Of a DNA stretch of 64,000 nucleotides, positions 1 to 7,978 are shown in pieces. The notes beneath the pieces were generated by a model that saw only the letters and a program-made list of their open reading frames with translations, was not told the DNA's origin and did not search any database. A program made the translations under genes and the position numbers. The number at the start of each line of letters is the position of its first letter. Positions within the stretch are counted from its first letter, which is position 1. Source of the stretch: an uncultured Candidatus Woesearchaeota archaeon (GTDB taxonomy: Archaea; Nanobdellota; Nanobdellia; Woesearchaeales; DSVV01); the NCBI GenBank assembly GCA_963717515.1, contig OY970338.1, positions 916,861 through 980,860 of the forward strand. The letters are read 5' to 3'.

Positions 1-262
1 AATCCACGAAATTCCTGATGATCTTGTAGTCCCTGATATAGTTGAAACCTTTATCTGTAAGCTCAAAATATTTTCTGCCGTTCTTCTGGACCTTCTCGAG
101 CATAAATCCCTTGGATATGAGCTCTGCCAGGTAATCAGTCATCATCTGGTGGGACAGGTTCGACTTGTAAAGGATGTGCGTGGGGTTGACAGCACCTCTC
201 TTTTCCTGGATAGCCTTTAGTATGTCATAAATAATCTCGAGGCGGTCACGTTTCCTGTTCAT
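1..262 (-). CDS. small winged-helix DNA-binding protein (HTH_45/ArsR-like); C-terminus cut by window edge
   Basis: Own reverse-strand translation gives MNRKRDRLEIIYDILKAIQEKRGAVNPTHILYKSNLSHQMMTDYLAELISKGFMLEKVQKNGRKYFELTDKGFNYIRDYKIIRNFVD. It is a clear paralog of 49060-49341 and 45789-46064. Its ATG overlaps the stop of the upstream membrane gene (ATGA). Confidence 0.75.
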   Translation of the reverse strand, partial: MNRKRDRLEIIYDILKAIQEKRGAVNPTHILYKSNLSHQMMTDYLAELISKGFMLEKVQKNGRKYFELTDKGFNYIRDYKIIRNFVD

Positions 263-921
263 TTTCGGAGCACCATGTAAAGGTTTGCGAGGATGAATAC
301 ATACGCCAACAGTTCAAGGACATGTCCCAGAACATAGAACAGCTGGTGGTTGACAGATATAAGGAAATGTATGGTTCCGAACAGCAGGAATATGAATGCC
401 ACTGCCACGAGGAGGGTCTGCGACTGCCTGCTCTTCCTGTAATTGCTGATATAGTACCATGAGATGAATATGAGGTATATCGATGACGCCAGATAAAATG
501 CATAGACCGGGTTTGTGCTCAGGAAGACGAGCAGCAGTGATGTTATCAACAGAAGCAAGAGCAGCTTTTTGTTCTCTATCCTGAAAGTTAGATAGACCAG
601 AAGGACAAGCCCGACTGTCATGAAGAACATGTGGACATACGCTGCGAGGGCATTGAAAAGCTCGATGGACTCGATATTGACAGCCCTGCATATCGACTCA
701 TTTGCATTTGAGATTATCAGGTAATTCAGGATCGACTCGATGATGTAGGATATGCCTATGGACAGGAATGCTGCTGAAAAAAGCTTGATCTGCCTCTGGT
801 CGGTCTTCCTGTAAATCTTCAGCGCGAATGATGCAATCAATATCGATATGACTGCAAAGATCATCTCAAGGGCAATATCATAGCCGAAGAACCACGAAGG
901 CGACAGGCAGGCATAGCTCAT
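259..921 (-). CDS. polytopic membrane protein (about 6-7 TM), unknown family; paralog of 49338-50000
   Basis: 220-aa ORF that is hydrophobic throughout. It aligns over its full length with the 49338-50000 product (blocks LSP.WF.GYD, FAVIS, ES.LNY, HFLISVNHQLFYV.GHVLE). Confidence 0.75.
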   Translation of the reverse strand: MSYACLSPSWFFGYDIALEMIFAVISILIASFALKIYRKTDQRQIKLFSAAFLSIGISYIIESILNYLIISNANESICRAVNIESIELFNALAAYVHMFFMTVGLVLLVYLTFRIENKKLLLLLLITSLLLVFLSTNPVYAFYLASSIYLIFISWYYISNYRKSRQSQTLLVAVAFIFLLFGTIHFLISVNHQLFYVLGHVLELLAYVFILANLYMVLRK

Positions 922-1080
922 ATGACAGCAGTAATCACATGGATGTTTTTAAAGTTTCTGGAACTGCGCACAGTCTTTTTTGACAGGAACAGAGAATTTT
1001 TCAGAAGGGCTTTATGAACCAAGCCCTATTTTCCATTTTTAAATTTTTGGTATCTGCCCTACCTAAATGATTTATTTAAT

Positions 1081-1100
1081 ATATGTTTTACATAACATAT
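1081..1100. promoter_or_regulatory. inverted repeat ATATGTT-N6-AACATAT overlapping the ArsR start codon; candidate autoregulatory operator
   Basis: The 7-bp arms are perfectly complementary. A TATA-like TTTATTTAA lies at 1071-1079, about 27 nt upstream of the ATG at 1099. Confidence 0.35.
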
Positions 1101-1407
1101 GATACAGGATGCACATGATATTTTCCTGACGACACTGGCAAACATGAACAGGCTCAGGATAATCAATGCCCTGAGGGAGAGGGAACTCAACGTGACAGAG
1201 ATCTCGAAATCAGCAGGGATGAACCAGACGACTGCATCACATAATCTCAAGAGATTGCTGGAAAGCGGTTTCGTCAATGCAAGACAGCAGGGACAGCACA
1301 GGTATTATGCCCTGAACAACAAGACCATCAGACCCCTGATGGACCTCATAGACAGGCACATAAGGACCAATTGCCAGCATCTGATAACAAAGCCAGGAGG
1401 TGGTTGA
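1099..1407 (+). CDS. ArsR/SmtB-family metalloregulator
   Basis: Contains LANMNRLRIINALRERELNVTEISKSAGMNQTTASHNLKRLLESGFV, the typical ArsR wHTH with the recognition helix QxxxSHHLxxL pattern. Confidence 0.85.
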   Translation: MIQDAHDIFLTTLANMNRLRIINALRERELNVTEISKSAGMNQTTASHNLKRLLESGFVNARQQGQHRYYALNNKTIRPLMDLIDRHIRTNCQHLITKPGGG

Positions 1408-1408
1408 G

Positions 1409-1633
1409 ATGTATTACTTCGGACACATGGGAATGGGCTATCTTGGATTCTTCGGATGGATCTGGATAATCATATTCTGGGCAGCGGTCATATGGCTGAT
1501 AGTATGGCTTGCGACAAGGCACAGGATGCCTGAGACGAGAAGCAGCCACATGCAGATTCTCAAAGACAGGTATGCCAAAGGCGAGCTGACAAAGAAGCAG
1601 TATGACGAGATGAAGGAGGACCTGTCAAAATGA
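1409..1633 (+). CDS. small membrane protein with C-terminal SHOCT domain
   Basis: One Trp-rich TM segment followed by ILKDRYAKGELTKKQYDEMKEDL (SHOCT signature). GGAGGTGG lies 6 nt upstream of the ATG at 1409. The track start at 1400 (GTG) is less likely. Confidence 0.75.
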   Translation: MYYFGHMGMGYLGFFGWIWIIIFWAAVIWLIVWLATRHRMPETRSSHMQILKDRYAKGELTKKQYDEMKEDLSK

Positions 1634-1706
1634 GGCAGGGTTCCTGAATGAATTATCAGGATTATATGAAAATGCTACAGATGGAAAATACTACAGGGGG
1701 ATTGAA

Positions 1707-2294
1707 ATGGAAAACGAAAAGCTGAAGATAATAGGGATAGCAGGAAGCCTAAGGAAAGGCTCATTCAACAGGTCTTTACTCAATGCCGCAAAGGAGGCAT
1801 GTCCAGAGGAGGCAGAGGTTGAGATAATCGAGATAGATTCCCTTCCTCTGTTCAACCAGGACCTGGAGAAGAACATGCCTAAAAACGTGATGGAATTCAA
1901 GGAGAAGGTCAAGAAGTCGGATGCAGTGCTGTTTGCGACACCTGAATACAATTACTCGGTTCCGGGGGTGCTGAAGAATGCGATTGACTGGCTCTCAAGG
2001 CCTTACGGAAACAACAGCCTTGAAGGCAAACCCACAGGCATAATGAGCGCTGCAATCGGGATGCTCGGCGGGGCGAGGGCGCAGTATCATCTGAGGCAGT
2101 CGATGGTGTTTCTCAACATGAGGCCCATGAACCTTCCGGAATTCATGGTGTCGTATGCCAAGGAAAAGATAGGTGAGGATGGGAAGATTAAAGATGAGAC
2201 GACAAGAGAAATGCTGGATAGGTTCATGGCAGCATTCGTGGAATGGGTAAAAGAACACAGGCTTCTGGAAAATGACATAAAAATCATGAGGTGA
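1707..2294 (+). CDS. NADPH-dependent FMN reductase (ChrR/YieF-like flavoprotein)
   Basis: N-terminal KIIGIAGSLRKGSFNRSLL and ATPEYNYSVPGVLKNAIDWLSRP are family signatures. Confidence 0.85.
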   Translation: MENEKLKIIGIAGSLRKGSFNRSLLNAAKEACPEEAEVEIIEIDSLPLFNQDLEKNMPKNVMEFKEKVKKSDAVLFATPEYNYSVPGVLKNAIDWLSRPYGNNSLEGKPTGIMSAAIGMLGGARAQYHLRQSMVFLNMRPMNLPEFMVSYAKEKIGEDGKIKDETTREMLDRFMAAFVEWVKEHRLLENDIKIMR

Positions 2295-2692
2295 TAAGGT
2301 TGAGAAAATATCTGCTGATCATAGGGATTTTGGCTGTGTTGTTCATCGCCGGCTGTGCAAACCAGCAAACATCGACGACAACGCAGACACAGGCAACAGG
2401 AAACCAGGGTTCAGACCAACCGATGATACCGGCACCGGGAAGCAAGACTGCGAAAGTGGCAATCCAGAACTTCGCGTATTCCCCTGCAGACATCACTGTT
2501 CAGAAAGGCACGACCGTGACTTGGACAAACCTCGACTCGGTGCAGCACACTGTGACATCTGACACAGGACTGTTCGATTCAGGCAGATTGTCCCAGGACC
2601 AGGTATGGAGCTACACATTCAATGACGCAGGGACATTCTCGTATCATTGCACTGTACATCCCAACATGAAAGGGACTGTGACTGTACAATAA
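2291..2692 (+). CDS. secreted or lipoprotein cupredoxin (plastocyanin/amicyanin-like blue copper protein)
   Basis: Signal peptide with lipobox-like LFIAGC. The C-terminal Cu-ligand pattern is H..(T).. then YHCTVHPNMKGTVTV (C-x2-H-x2-M). The start may be TTG at 2300, after GAGGTGA. Confidence 0.8.
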   Translation: MIRLRKYLLIIGILAVLFIAGCANQQTSTTTQTQATGNQGSDQPMIPAPGSKTAKVAIQNFAYSPADITVQKGTTVTWTNLDSVQHTVTSDTGLFDSGRLSQDQVWSYTFNDAGTFSYHCTVHPNMKGTVTVQ

Positions 2693-2694
2693 GC

Positions 2695-2844
2695 AGCGGC
2701 AAGAAATACGGATGCAGCAAAGAGATTCCTCGGTCATACGATAAGGCTGTGGAAAAGGCAAAGCATGAGCTGAAGAAGGAAGGCTTCGGGGTCCTGACTT
2801 AGATAGATATATGTGAGATCTTTGGAAATGGTCAGAAAAATTGA
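2695..2844 (+). pseudogene. remnant of a DUF302-like gene (N-terminal fragment, in-frame TAG, no start codon)
   Basis: The frame reads ..KYGCSKEIPRSYDKAVEKAKHELKKEGFGVLT*IDICEIFGNGQKN*. The segment YDKAVEKAKHELKKEGFGVLT(E)IDI resembles the conserved N-terminus of DUF302 proteins. TAG sits where Glu is expected, and the reading frame ends shortly afterwards. Confidence 0.4.
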
Positions 2845-2983
2845 TAATGGAAAAAGACCGTATTACTCATGCGGTGAATGCGGGCTTGTTTATGATGAAG
2901 AGGAGCTTGCAGAGAGATGCGAAATCTCTTGCAGGACTCATCATGCATGCAGCCTGGAGATATCTGAACCTGGAGATATCTGA
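2828..2983 (+). CDS. small Cys-rich (putative zinc-binding) protein, 51 aa
   Basis: Own translation gives MVRKIDNGKRPYYSCGECGLVYDEEELAERCEISCRTHHACSLEISEPGDI, with a CxxC ... CxxxC..HxxC pattern. It is below the 60-aa cutoff of the ORF track. Its 3' end contains a 16-bp tandem duplication. Confidence 0.5.
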   Translation: MVRKIDNGKRPYYSCGECGLVYDEEELAERCEISCRTHHACSLEISEPGDI

Positions 2984-3084
2984 ACTTTCTTTAATGATAT
3001 GAATTGAATTCTGGATAAACAGGATCCTCAAGGAAAATTTTTAAATACTCCGACAGACAACCTTCTCTTACCTGAAAAGTCAAT

Positions 3085-4287
3085 ATGGCAGAAGCAAAGA
3101 GCAGTTTCATGAAAGGAATCACCCGGAACATTGTACTTCTCGGACTTGTGAGCTTGTTCACAGACCTCAGCAGCCAGATGGTCTTTCCGCTGATCCCGCT
3201 GTTCATGACAACAGTGCTCGGTGCTGGTGCGTTGGCAGTCGGAATTGTCGAGGGAGCTGCAGAATCAACTGCATCGCTTCTCAAGGTCGTATCAGGCTAC
3301 TGGTCAGACCGGATAAGGAAGAGGAAGCCGTTTGTCATGTTCGGATATTCGCTGTCGACAATAACAAAACCGCTGTTCTCTCTTGCATATGTATGGCCAT
3401 TCGTCCTGGTTATCAGGATAGTGGAGAGGATAGGCAAAGGCATACGGTCTGCTCCGAGAGATGCATTCGTCGCCGAATCCACTGATGAAAAGGTGATGGG
3501 GAAGGCATACGGATTTCATCGGGCGATGGACGGCCTGGGTTCGATACTCGGCGCTGTCATGGCTTTCATTCTCCTGCCTCTCCTCGGGTTCAGGAAGATA
3601 TTCCTCTTTGCCTTCATACCCGGGATCCTTGCAGTGCTCGTGATATTATTCGTCAGGGAAAGGAAAGCTCAAACAAGAACAGCCCCGGGGAAGAAACCTG
3701 TGAAGCTGAGTTTCAGCAGGCTTCCGTCCAACCTGAAGATGTTCATCATCGTAGCTTCAGTCTTCACGCTCGGCAATTTCGGGTATGCATTCCTGCTTCT
3801 CAAGGCGCAGAACATCGGGCTGTCCGACAATACTGCAATCCTTCTTTATGTGCTTTTCTATGTCGTCTATACCATATGCATAATACCTTCAGGCATACTG
3901 TCAGACAAGATAGGAAGGAAGCCGGTGCTTACGGTTGGCTACCTAATCTTCGCGATAGTCTCTGTGGGGCTTTTCTTCACGACAGGCCTATATACTTTGC
4001 TTGCATTCTTCATAATCTATGGGATATTCTTTGCCATGACAGACGGTGTGCAGAGGGCGTTTGTCGTCGACCTTGCGCCTAAGGACATGAAGGCGACTGC
4101 GCTTGGGACTTTCCATACAGCAGTAGGGTTGGTCGCATTGCCGGGCGGGCTGATAGCAGGGCTTCTTTGGGACAAGATAAGCCCACAGGCGACATTCATC
4201 TACGGCTTTGCCATGGCAGCAGTGTCACTTCTGATGTTCGGTTTTGTAAAAGTCGGGCCATTGGAAACAGAAGCACAGAAAAGCTGA
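3085..4287 (+). CDS. MFS transporter
   Basis: 400 aa with about 12 TM segments. The motif GYWSDRIRKRKP lies between TM2 and TM3 (MFS signature D-R-x-G-R-K type), and a second copy LSDKIGRKP lies in the second half. Confidence 0.85.
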   Translation: MAEAKSSFMKGITRNIVLLGLVSLFTDLSSQMVFPLIPLFMTTVLGAGALAVGIVEGAAESTASLLKVVSGYWSDRIRKRKPFVMFGYSLSTITKPLFSLAYVWPFVLVIRIVERIGKGIRSAPRDAFVAESTDEKVMGKAYGFHRAMDGLGSILGAVMAFILLPLLGFRKIFLFAFIPGILAVLVILFVRERKAQTRTAPGKKPVKLSFSRLPSNLKMFIIVASVFTLGNFGYAFLLLKAQNIGLSDNTAILLYVLFYVVYTICIIPSGILSDKIGRKPVLTVGYLIFAIVSVGLFFTTGLYTLLAFFIIYGIFFAMTDGVQRAFVVDLAPKDMKATALGTFHTAVGLVALPGGLIAGLLWDKISPQATFIYGFAMAAVSLLMFGFVKVGPLETEAQKS

Positions 4288-4329
4288 ATCTCTGTCGAAA
4301 TCCTGGTCAATCTTCTAGGAGGCACATCC

Positions 4330-5346
4330 CTACAGCCTGCCATACTCATGGAGCTTCCTTGCAATCAGCACGGCATTTAGGGCAGCACCCCTCAATAGCT
4401 GGTCACCGCAGACGAACATCCTGACACCCTTCCTATTGCCGTCAAGAGCCCTGATACGCCCGACTGCCACAGGATATACCCCTGTCGTGTTCGAGGGCAT
4501 TGGATATTCCAGGTTTTGGGGGTCATCCCTCAACTTTATCATGGGCTCTCTGCTTAACAGGGTCCTGTATTCGTCATAATCCACAGGATCCATTGTCTCC
4601 ACAGCGATGTCCAGAGCATGGGAACGCAGCACAGGCACCCTGACGCAGGTGCTGGATATCCCAACCCTGTCGTCCAGGCCGAGTATCTTTCTTGTCTCCC
4701 ATTTTATCTTCATCTCCTCTCTTGTGTAGCCGTTGTCCATGAACTTGTCGATATGCGGAATCACATTGAAAGGCAGTGGATGCTGGAATTTCCTGTTGCC
4801 CATTGGCCTGCCGTCCAGGTAGTTCCTGGTCTCTTGAAGAAGCTCCTCTCTCCCGCCGTCGCCTGCTCCGCTTGCAGACTGCCATGTCGAGACTGTTATG
4901 TATTCGATGCCTGCCATCTCATCAAGCTTGTGAAGAGGGAGTGCAGCTATCGCCGTGGTGCAGTTCGGGTTGGCTATAAGCCTGGAAGGATGGTCCCTAA
5001 GGATGTGCCCGTTTATCTCAGGAACTATGAGGGGGATATCAGGCTCTTGCCTGAAAGCCTGGGAATTGTCGATCACATAACAATGCGATTCCATGGCCTT
5101 TTCCCGGTTTTTCCTGGACCAGTCGGCATTGATAGACCAGAAAGCAAGGTCAAGGCCAGAATAATCCGCATCTTCAGTCTTTTTCACCTCGATGATGCCA
5201 GAGGGCGTATCCATGACCGTGCCTGCCGACCGGCCTGCATATAGGGACATTGCCCCGACAGGAAACCTGATGTCGTCAAGCAACTTGAGCAACTCCTTTC
5301 CGACCCCGCCGGTCGCCCCGAAGATGCCTATTTTTATTTTCTTCAT
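4330..5346 (-). CDS. asd: aspartate-semialdehyde dehydrogenase
   Basis: Rossmann fold IGIFGATGGVGKELLKLL, active-site IANPNCTT, and SASGAG motifs. Confidence 0.85.
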   Translation of the reverse strand: MKKIKIGIFGATGGVGKELLKLLDDIRFPVGAMSLYAGRSAGTVMDTPSGIIEVKKTEDADYSGLDLAFWSINADWSRKNREKAMESHCYVIDNSQAFRQEPDIPLIVPEINGHILRDHPSRLIANPNCTTAIAALPLHKLDEMAGIEYITVSTWQSASGAGDGGREELLQETRNYLDGRPMGNRKFQHPLPFNVIPHIDKFMDNGYTREEMKIKWETRKILGLDDRVGISSTCVRVPVLRSHALDIAVETMDPVDYDEYRTLLSREPMIKLRDDPQNLEYPMPSNTTGVYPVAVGRIRALDGNRKGVRMFVCGDQLLRGAALNAVLIARKLHEYGRL

Positions 5347-5520
5347 TTGTATACCAATAAGCTTTCAGAATATTTAAGGGTTATTGAACCAATTATGGAC
5401 ATCTATGTAATAATTATGGATATTTCTCCTCATAGTCATAAAAAAGGAATATTTAATAACTTCAACTGCTGTTGAATCCTTGGAAAATTATTAATATATG
5501 ATGCGGATAGCAGGAAAAGG

Positions 5521-6405
5521 GTGATAATCGTGGGAGTAAAAGACCAATTGATTAAGATCAAGGACAACTGGCTGCTCATCGCGGCAGTGCTGCTGTTATT
5601 CATCTTCCTGTATTCGGGCGGGGTCAGGAACATTTCATATTCAATGGATTCAGTCTCGCAGAAGATGGGAAGCGGAGCGATGTATGAATCAGCCGATTAT
5701 AATTTAGCACCAAGCTATGCATCCAATGGGGATTTCGCCCCTGATGTCGAGGAGAGGAAGATAACCAGATCTGTAAGCCTGTCCTCAGAAGTCGAAAGAG
5801 GGGCTTTCCAGGATGCTGAACAGAGCCTCAAGGCCATTGTCTCCTCATCAGATTCATTCATCCTGAGCGAGAATGTCAACAGGTATGGGACTGACAGAAA
5901 AGAATATTTCCAGGGGAGCTACCAGCTCAAGGTCGACACAGCAAAGTACGATTCAGTCCTGTCCCAGCTCAAGGGGATCGGCGAGGTGCAGTCATTCAAC
6001 GAGAACACCCAGGACGTCACAGGAACCTATACAAATACAGAGCTCAACCTGGAGACTGAAAAGTCAAGGCTTGCAAGATACCAGCAGATGTACGATGAGG
6101 CAAAGGATGTCGAAGACAAGATCAATATCAACGATCGCATCTTCGATGAGGAGAGACGGATAAAATACATGGAAGACTCCCTGAAGAACATAGACCAGCG
6201 CATCGATTACTCGACTGTATATTTCACAATGACAGAGAAGAGATCAGAATATGCTGACATCGCAATGGTCAAGCTCTCGTCCCTTGTCAAAGATTTTGTA
6301 GGCAGCTTCAATGCGCTCCTGACTTTCCTCTTCACAGTGTTTCCATGGGCAGTGGTAGTATTGATAGGGGCAGTCGCATGGAGATTCTTCAGGCGAAGAG
6401 CTTAG
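5521..6405 (+). CDS. DUF4349-like membrane-anchored coiled-coil protein
   Basis: N-terminal TM, then RKITRSVSLSSEVERGAFQDAEQSLKAIV, a central coiled coil and a C-terminal TM. This architecture is typical of DUF4349. The start codon (GTG at 5521) is uncertain. Confidence 0.65.
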   Translation: MIIVGVKDQLIKIKDNWLLIAAVLLLFIFLYSGGVRNISYSMDSVSQKMGSGAMYESADYNLAPSYASNGDFAPDVEERKITRSVSLSSEVERGAFQDAEQSLKAIVSSSDSFILSENVNRYGTDRKEYFQGSYQLKVDTAKYDSVLSQLKGIGEVQSFNENTQDVTGTYTNTELNLETEKSRLARYQQMYDEAKDVEDKININDRIFDEERRIKYMEDSLKNIDQRIDYSTVYFTMTEKRSEYADIAMVKLSSLVKDFVGSFNALLTFLFTVFPWAVVVLIGAVAWRFFRRRA

Positions 6406-6533
6406 GATAGAAGGCAGATATTTTTTTTTCTTTTTAATTTTATTACCGATTATCTTTGGCTGCTGTCACGGCATTGCTGCACTTTATGCACTTTTTCTCC
6501 TGCAATATTCCCGAAAGATGCCCCGCCTGATTT

Positions 6534-7283
6534 TCAGGGTGCCTGCCTGAGGTTCCCGGCAAAGAATTCCAGGGTCTTCTTCCAGGCATCGGCAGTCTCT
6601 TTCTCTGCATATGTGTTCCCTGTAGGATTGGCGAATGCATGGCCGACGCCATCATAGACATGGATGCTGTTCCTTATACCGAGGCTGTCCAAAATCTTCC
6701 TGAACTCTTCCACTGATGACACAGTGACATTTGTATCGGTGCTTCCGAAGATGCCGAGGACAGGGCCTTTGAATTTTTTCAGCATGTCCTTGTCAGATAC
6801 CAGATTGCCGTAATATATCACTGTAGCATCAATCTTCTCATTGAGGCTGAGCTGAAGCGATTGGCCGCCTCCGAAACACCATCCTATCGAGCCTATCTTT
6901 CCGACATCATCAAGCCCTCTCAGGTATTGCACAGCAGCCTTCATCTTCTTTACAGCTTCGTCAGGGTTGCTCCTGACCATTGTCGCCAGCTCCATGGCCT
7001 TTGAAGGCTCTGTTGCGACCTCGCCGCCAAACAGGTCAACTGCGAACACGACATACCCTTTGTCAGCAAGTATCCTGGCAGTCCTCTTTATATGGTCATT
7101 GAGCCCCCACCATTCGTGTATCATGACTATTCCTGGGTATTTCCCCCCATCTCCGGGTCTTGCTAGATACCCTGGTGCTTTTCCTTCAATATCTTCTGAT
7201 TCCACTGACTGGCCTGGATCAGGACCATACGGACTTTTATTTCCAGTATCCGATGTTTTTTCATCCATTTCAATTACCTCCAA
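6534..7283 (-). CDS. dienelactone hydrolase-family alpha/beta hydrolase
   Basis: Contains GIVMIHEWWGLNDHIKRTARILADKGYVVFAVDLF, a nucleophile elbow GWCFGG, and C-terminal HAF. The start may be the internal Met at 7268. Confidence 0.85.
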   Translation of the reverse strand: MEVIEMDEKTSDTGNKSPYGPDPGQSVESEDIEGKAPGYLARPGDGGKYPGIVMIHEWWGLNDHIKRTARILADKGYVVFAVDLFGGEVATEPSKAMELATMVRSNPDEAVKKMKAAVQYLRGLDDVGKIGSIGWCFGGGQSLQLSLNEKIDATVIYYGNLVSDKDMLKKFKGPVLGIFGSTDTNVTVSSVEEFRKILDSLGIRNSIHVYDGVGHAFANPTGNTYAEKETADAWKKTLEFFAGNLRQAP

Positions 7284-7351
7284 GATTCAAAAATGCTTTC
7301 ATTATAAGCAAGATAAATAAGAGCCTCGCTACATGCCCTGAATTCTGGCTC

Positions 7352-7810
7352 CTATTCGACAATGAAGGTTCCTTTCATGCCTTTCTGCCTATGGCTGTCT
7401 ACACTGCAGTAATACTCAAACGTGCCCTTCTTGTCGGCGACAAATTCGACAGAAGCAGACTGCCCTGTATTTACCCTGTCAGTATGGGCATTGAACTCAT
7501 CGAGAACCCAGTCGTGGAACCCACCGGCGCTTGTCAATGTTATCTTCACTGTGTCACCCTCCTTGACTGTAAGCACAGGCGCATCCTGGCCATCCATGGA
7601 GAACTTGAAATTCTCGCCAGTCAGGCCAAAGGACACTACATTGCCGCCCTGGCTTCCAGCTGCCTGGTCCTGGCCCGTCACTGCTGCCTGTACAGGCTGG
7701 CTGCCAGATGCAGGGACCTGGCCTGCCGTGGTCGTCTGGACCGTCTGACTGCAGCCATAAACCAAAAGCAATGCCAAAAGCAATTCCGATGCAATAATTA
7801 TTTTTTTCAT
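7352..7810 (-). CDS. secreted or lipoprotein cupredoxin (halocyanin/plastocyanin-like)
   Basis: Signal peptide with LLVYGC, the ligand-bearing GGFHDW, and C-terminal YYCSVDSHRQKGMKGTFIV (C..H....M). Confidence 0.8.
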   Translation of the reverse strand: MKKIIIASELLLALLLVYGCSQTVQTTTAGQVPASGSQPVQAAVTGQDQAAGSQGGNVVSFGLTGENFKFSMDGQDAPVLTVKEGDTVKITLTSAGGFHDWVLDEFNAHTDRVNTGQSASVEFVADKKGTFEYYCSVDSHRQKGMKGTFIVE

Positions 7811-7978
7811 GTTTCATCACTCCCCTATACTTGCAGAATATTATCGTTGCAACGGTACAACGATCAATAAGTTGTGTGAATAGCATTATTATAATAATTG
7901 ATGTAAAAGCCTTAAACAAATTGTTTAATATTCAAGCTGTGAGCCTGGCAGAGGCATCATCCAGCGGATGAATTTCAA

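Noticed and set aside
4618-5244. 208-aa plus-strand ORF (and other ORFs) antisense to asd; similar antisense ORFs in the ABC permease gene (39111-39737), uvrB (21030-21602) and the GH gene (62850-63524)
   Set aside because: Each is opposite a gene with clear family motifs, and they show biased, non-protein-like composition.
5385-5425. Short direct repeat AATTATGGAYATYT x2 between asd and the DUF4349 gene
   Set aside because: Only two 14-nt imperfect copies in AT-rich intergenic DNA, which is too weak to call a binding site.
7160-7870. 236-aa plus-strand ORF overlapping the dienelactone hydrolase and cupredoxin genes
   Set aside because: It is antisense to two motif-supported genes and crosses their intergenic region. 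Its composition is not protein-like.
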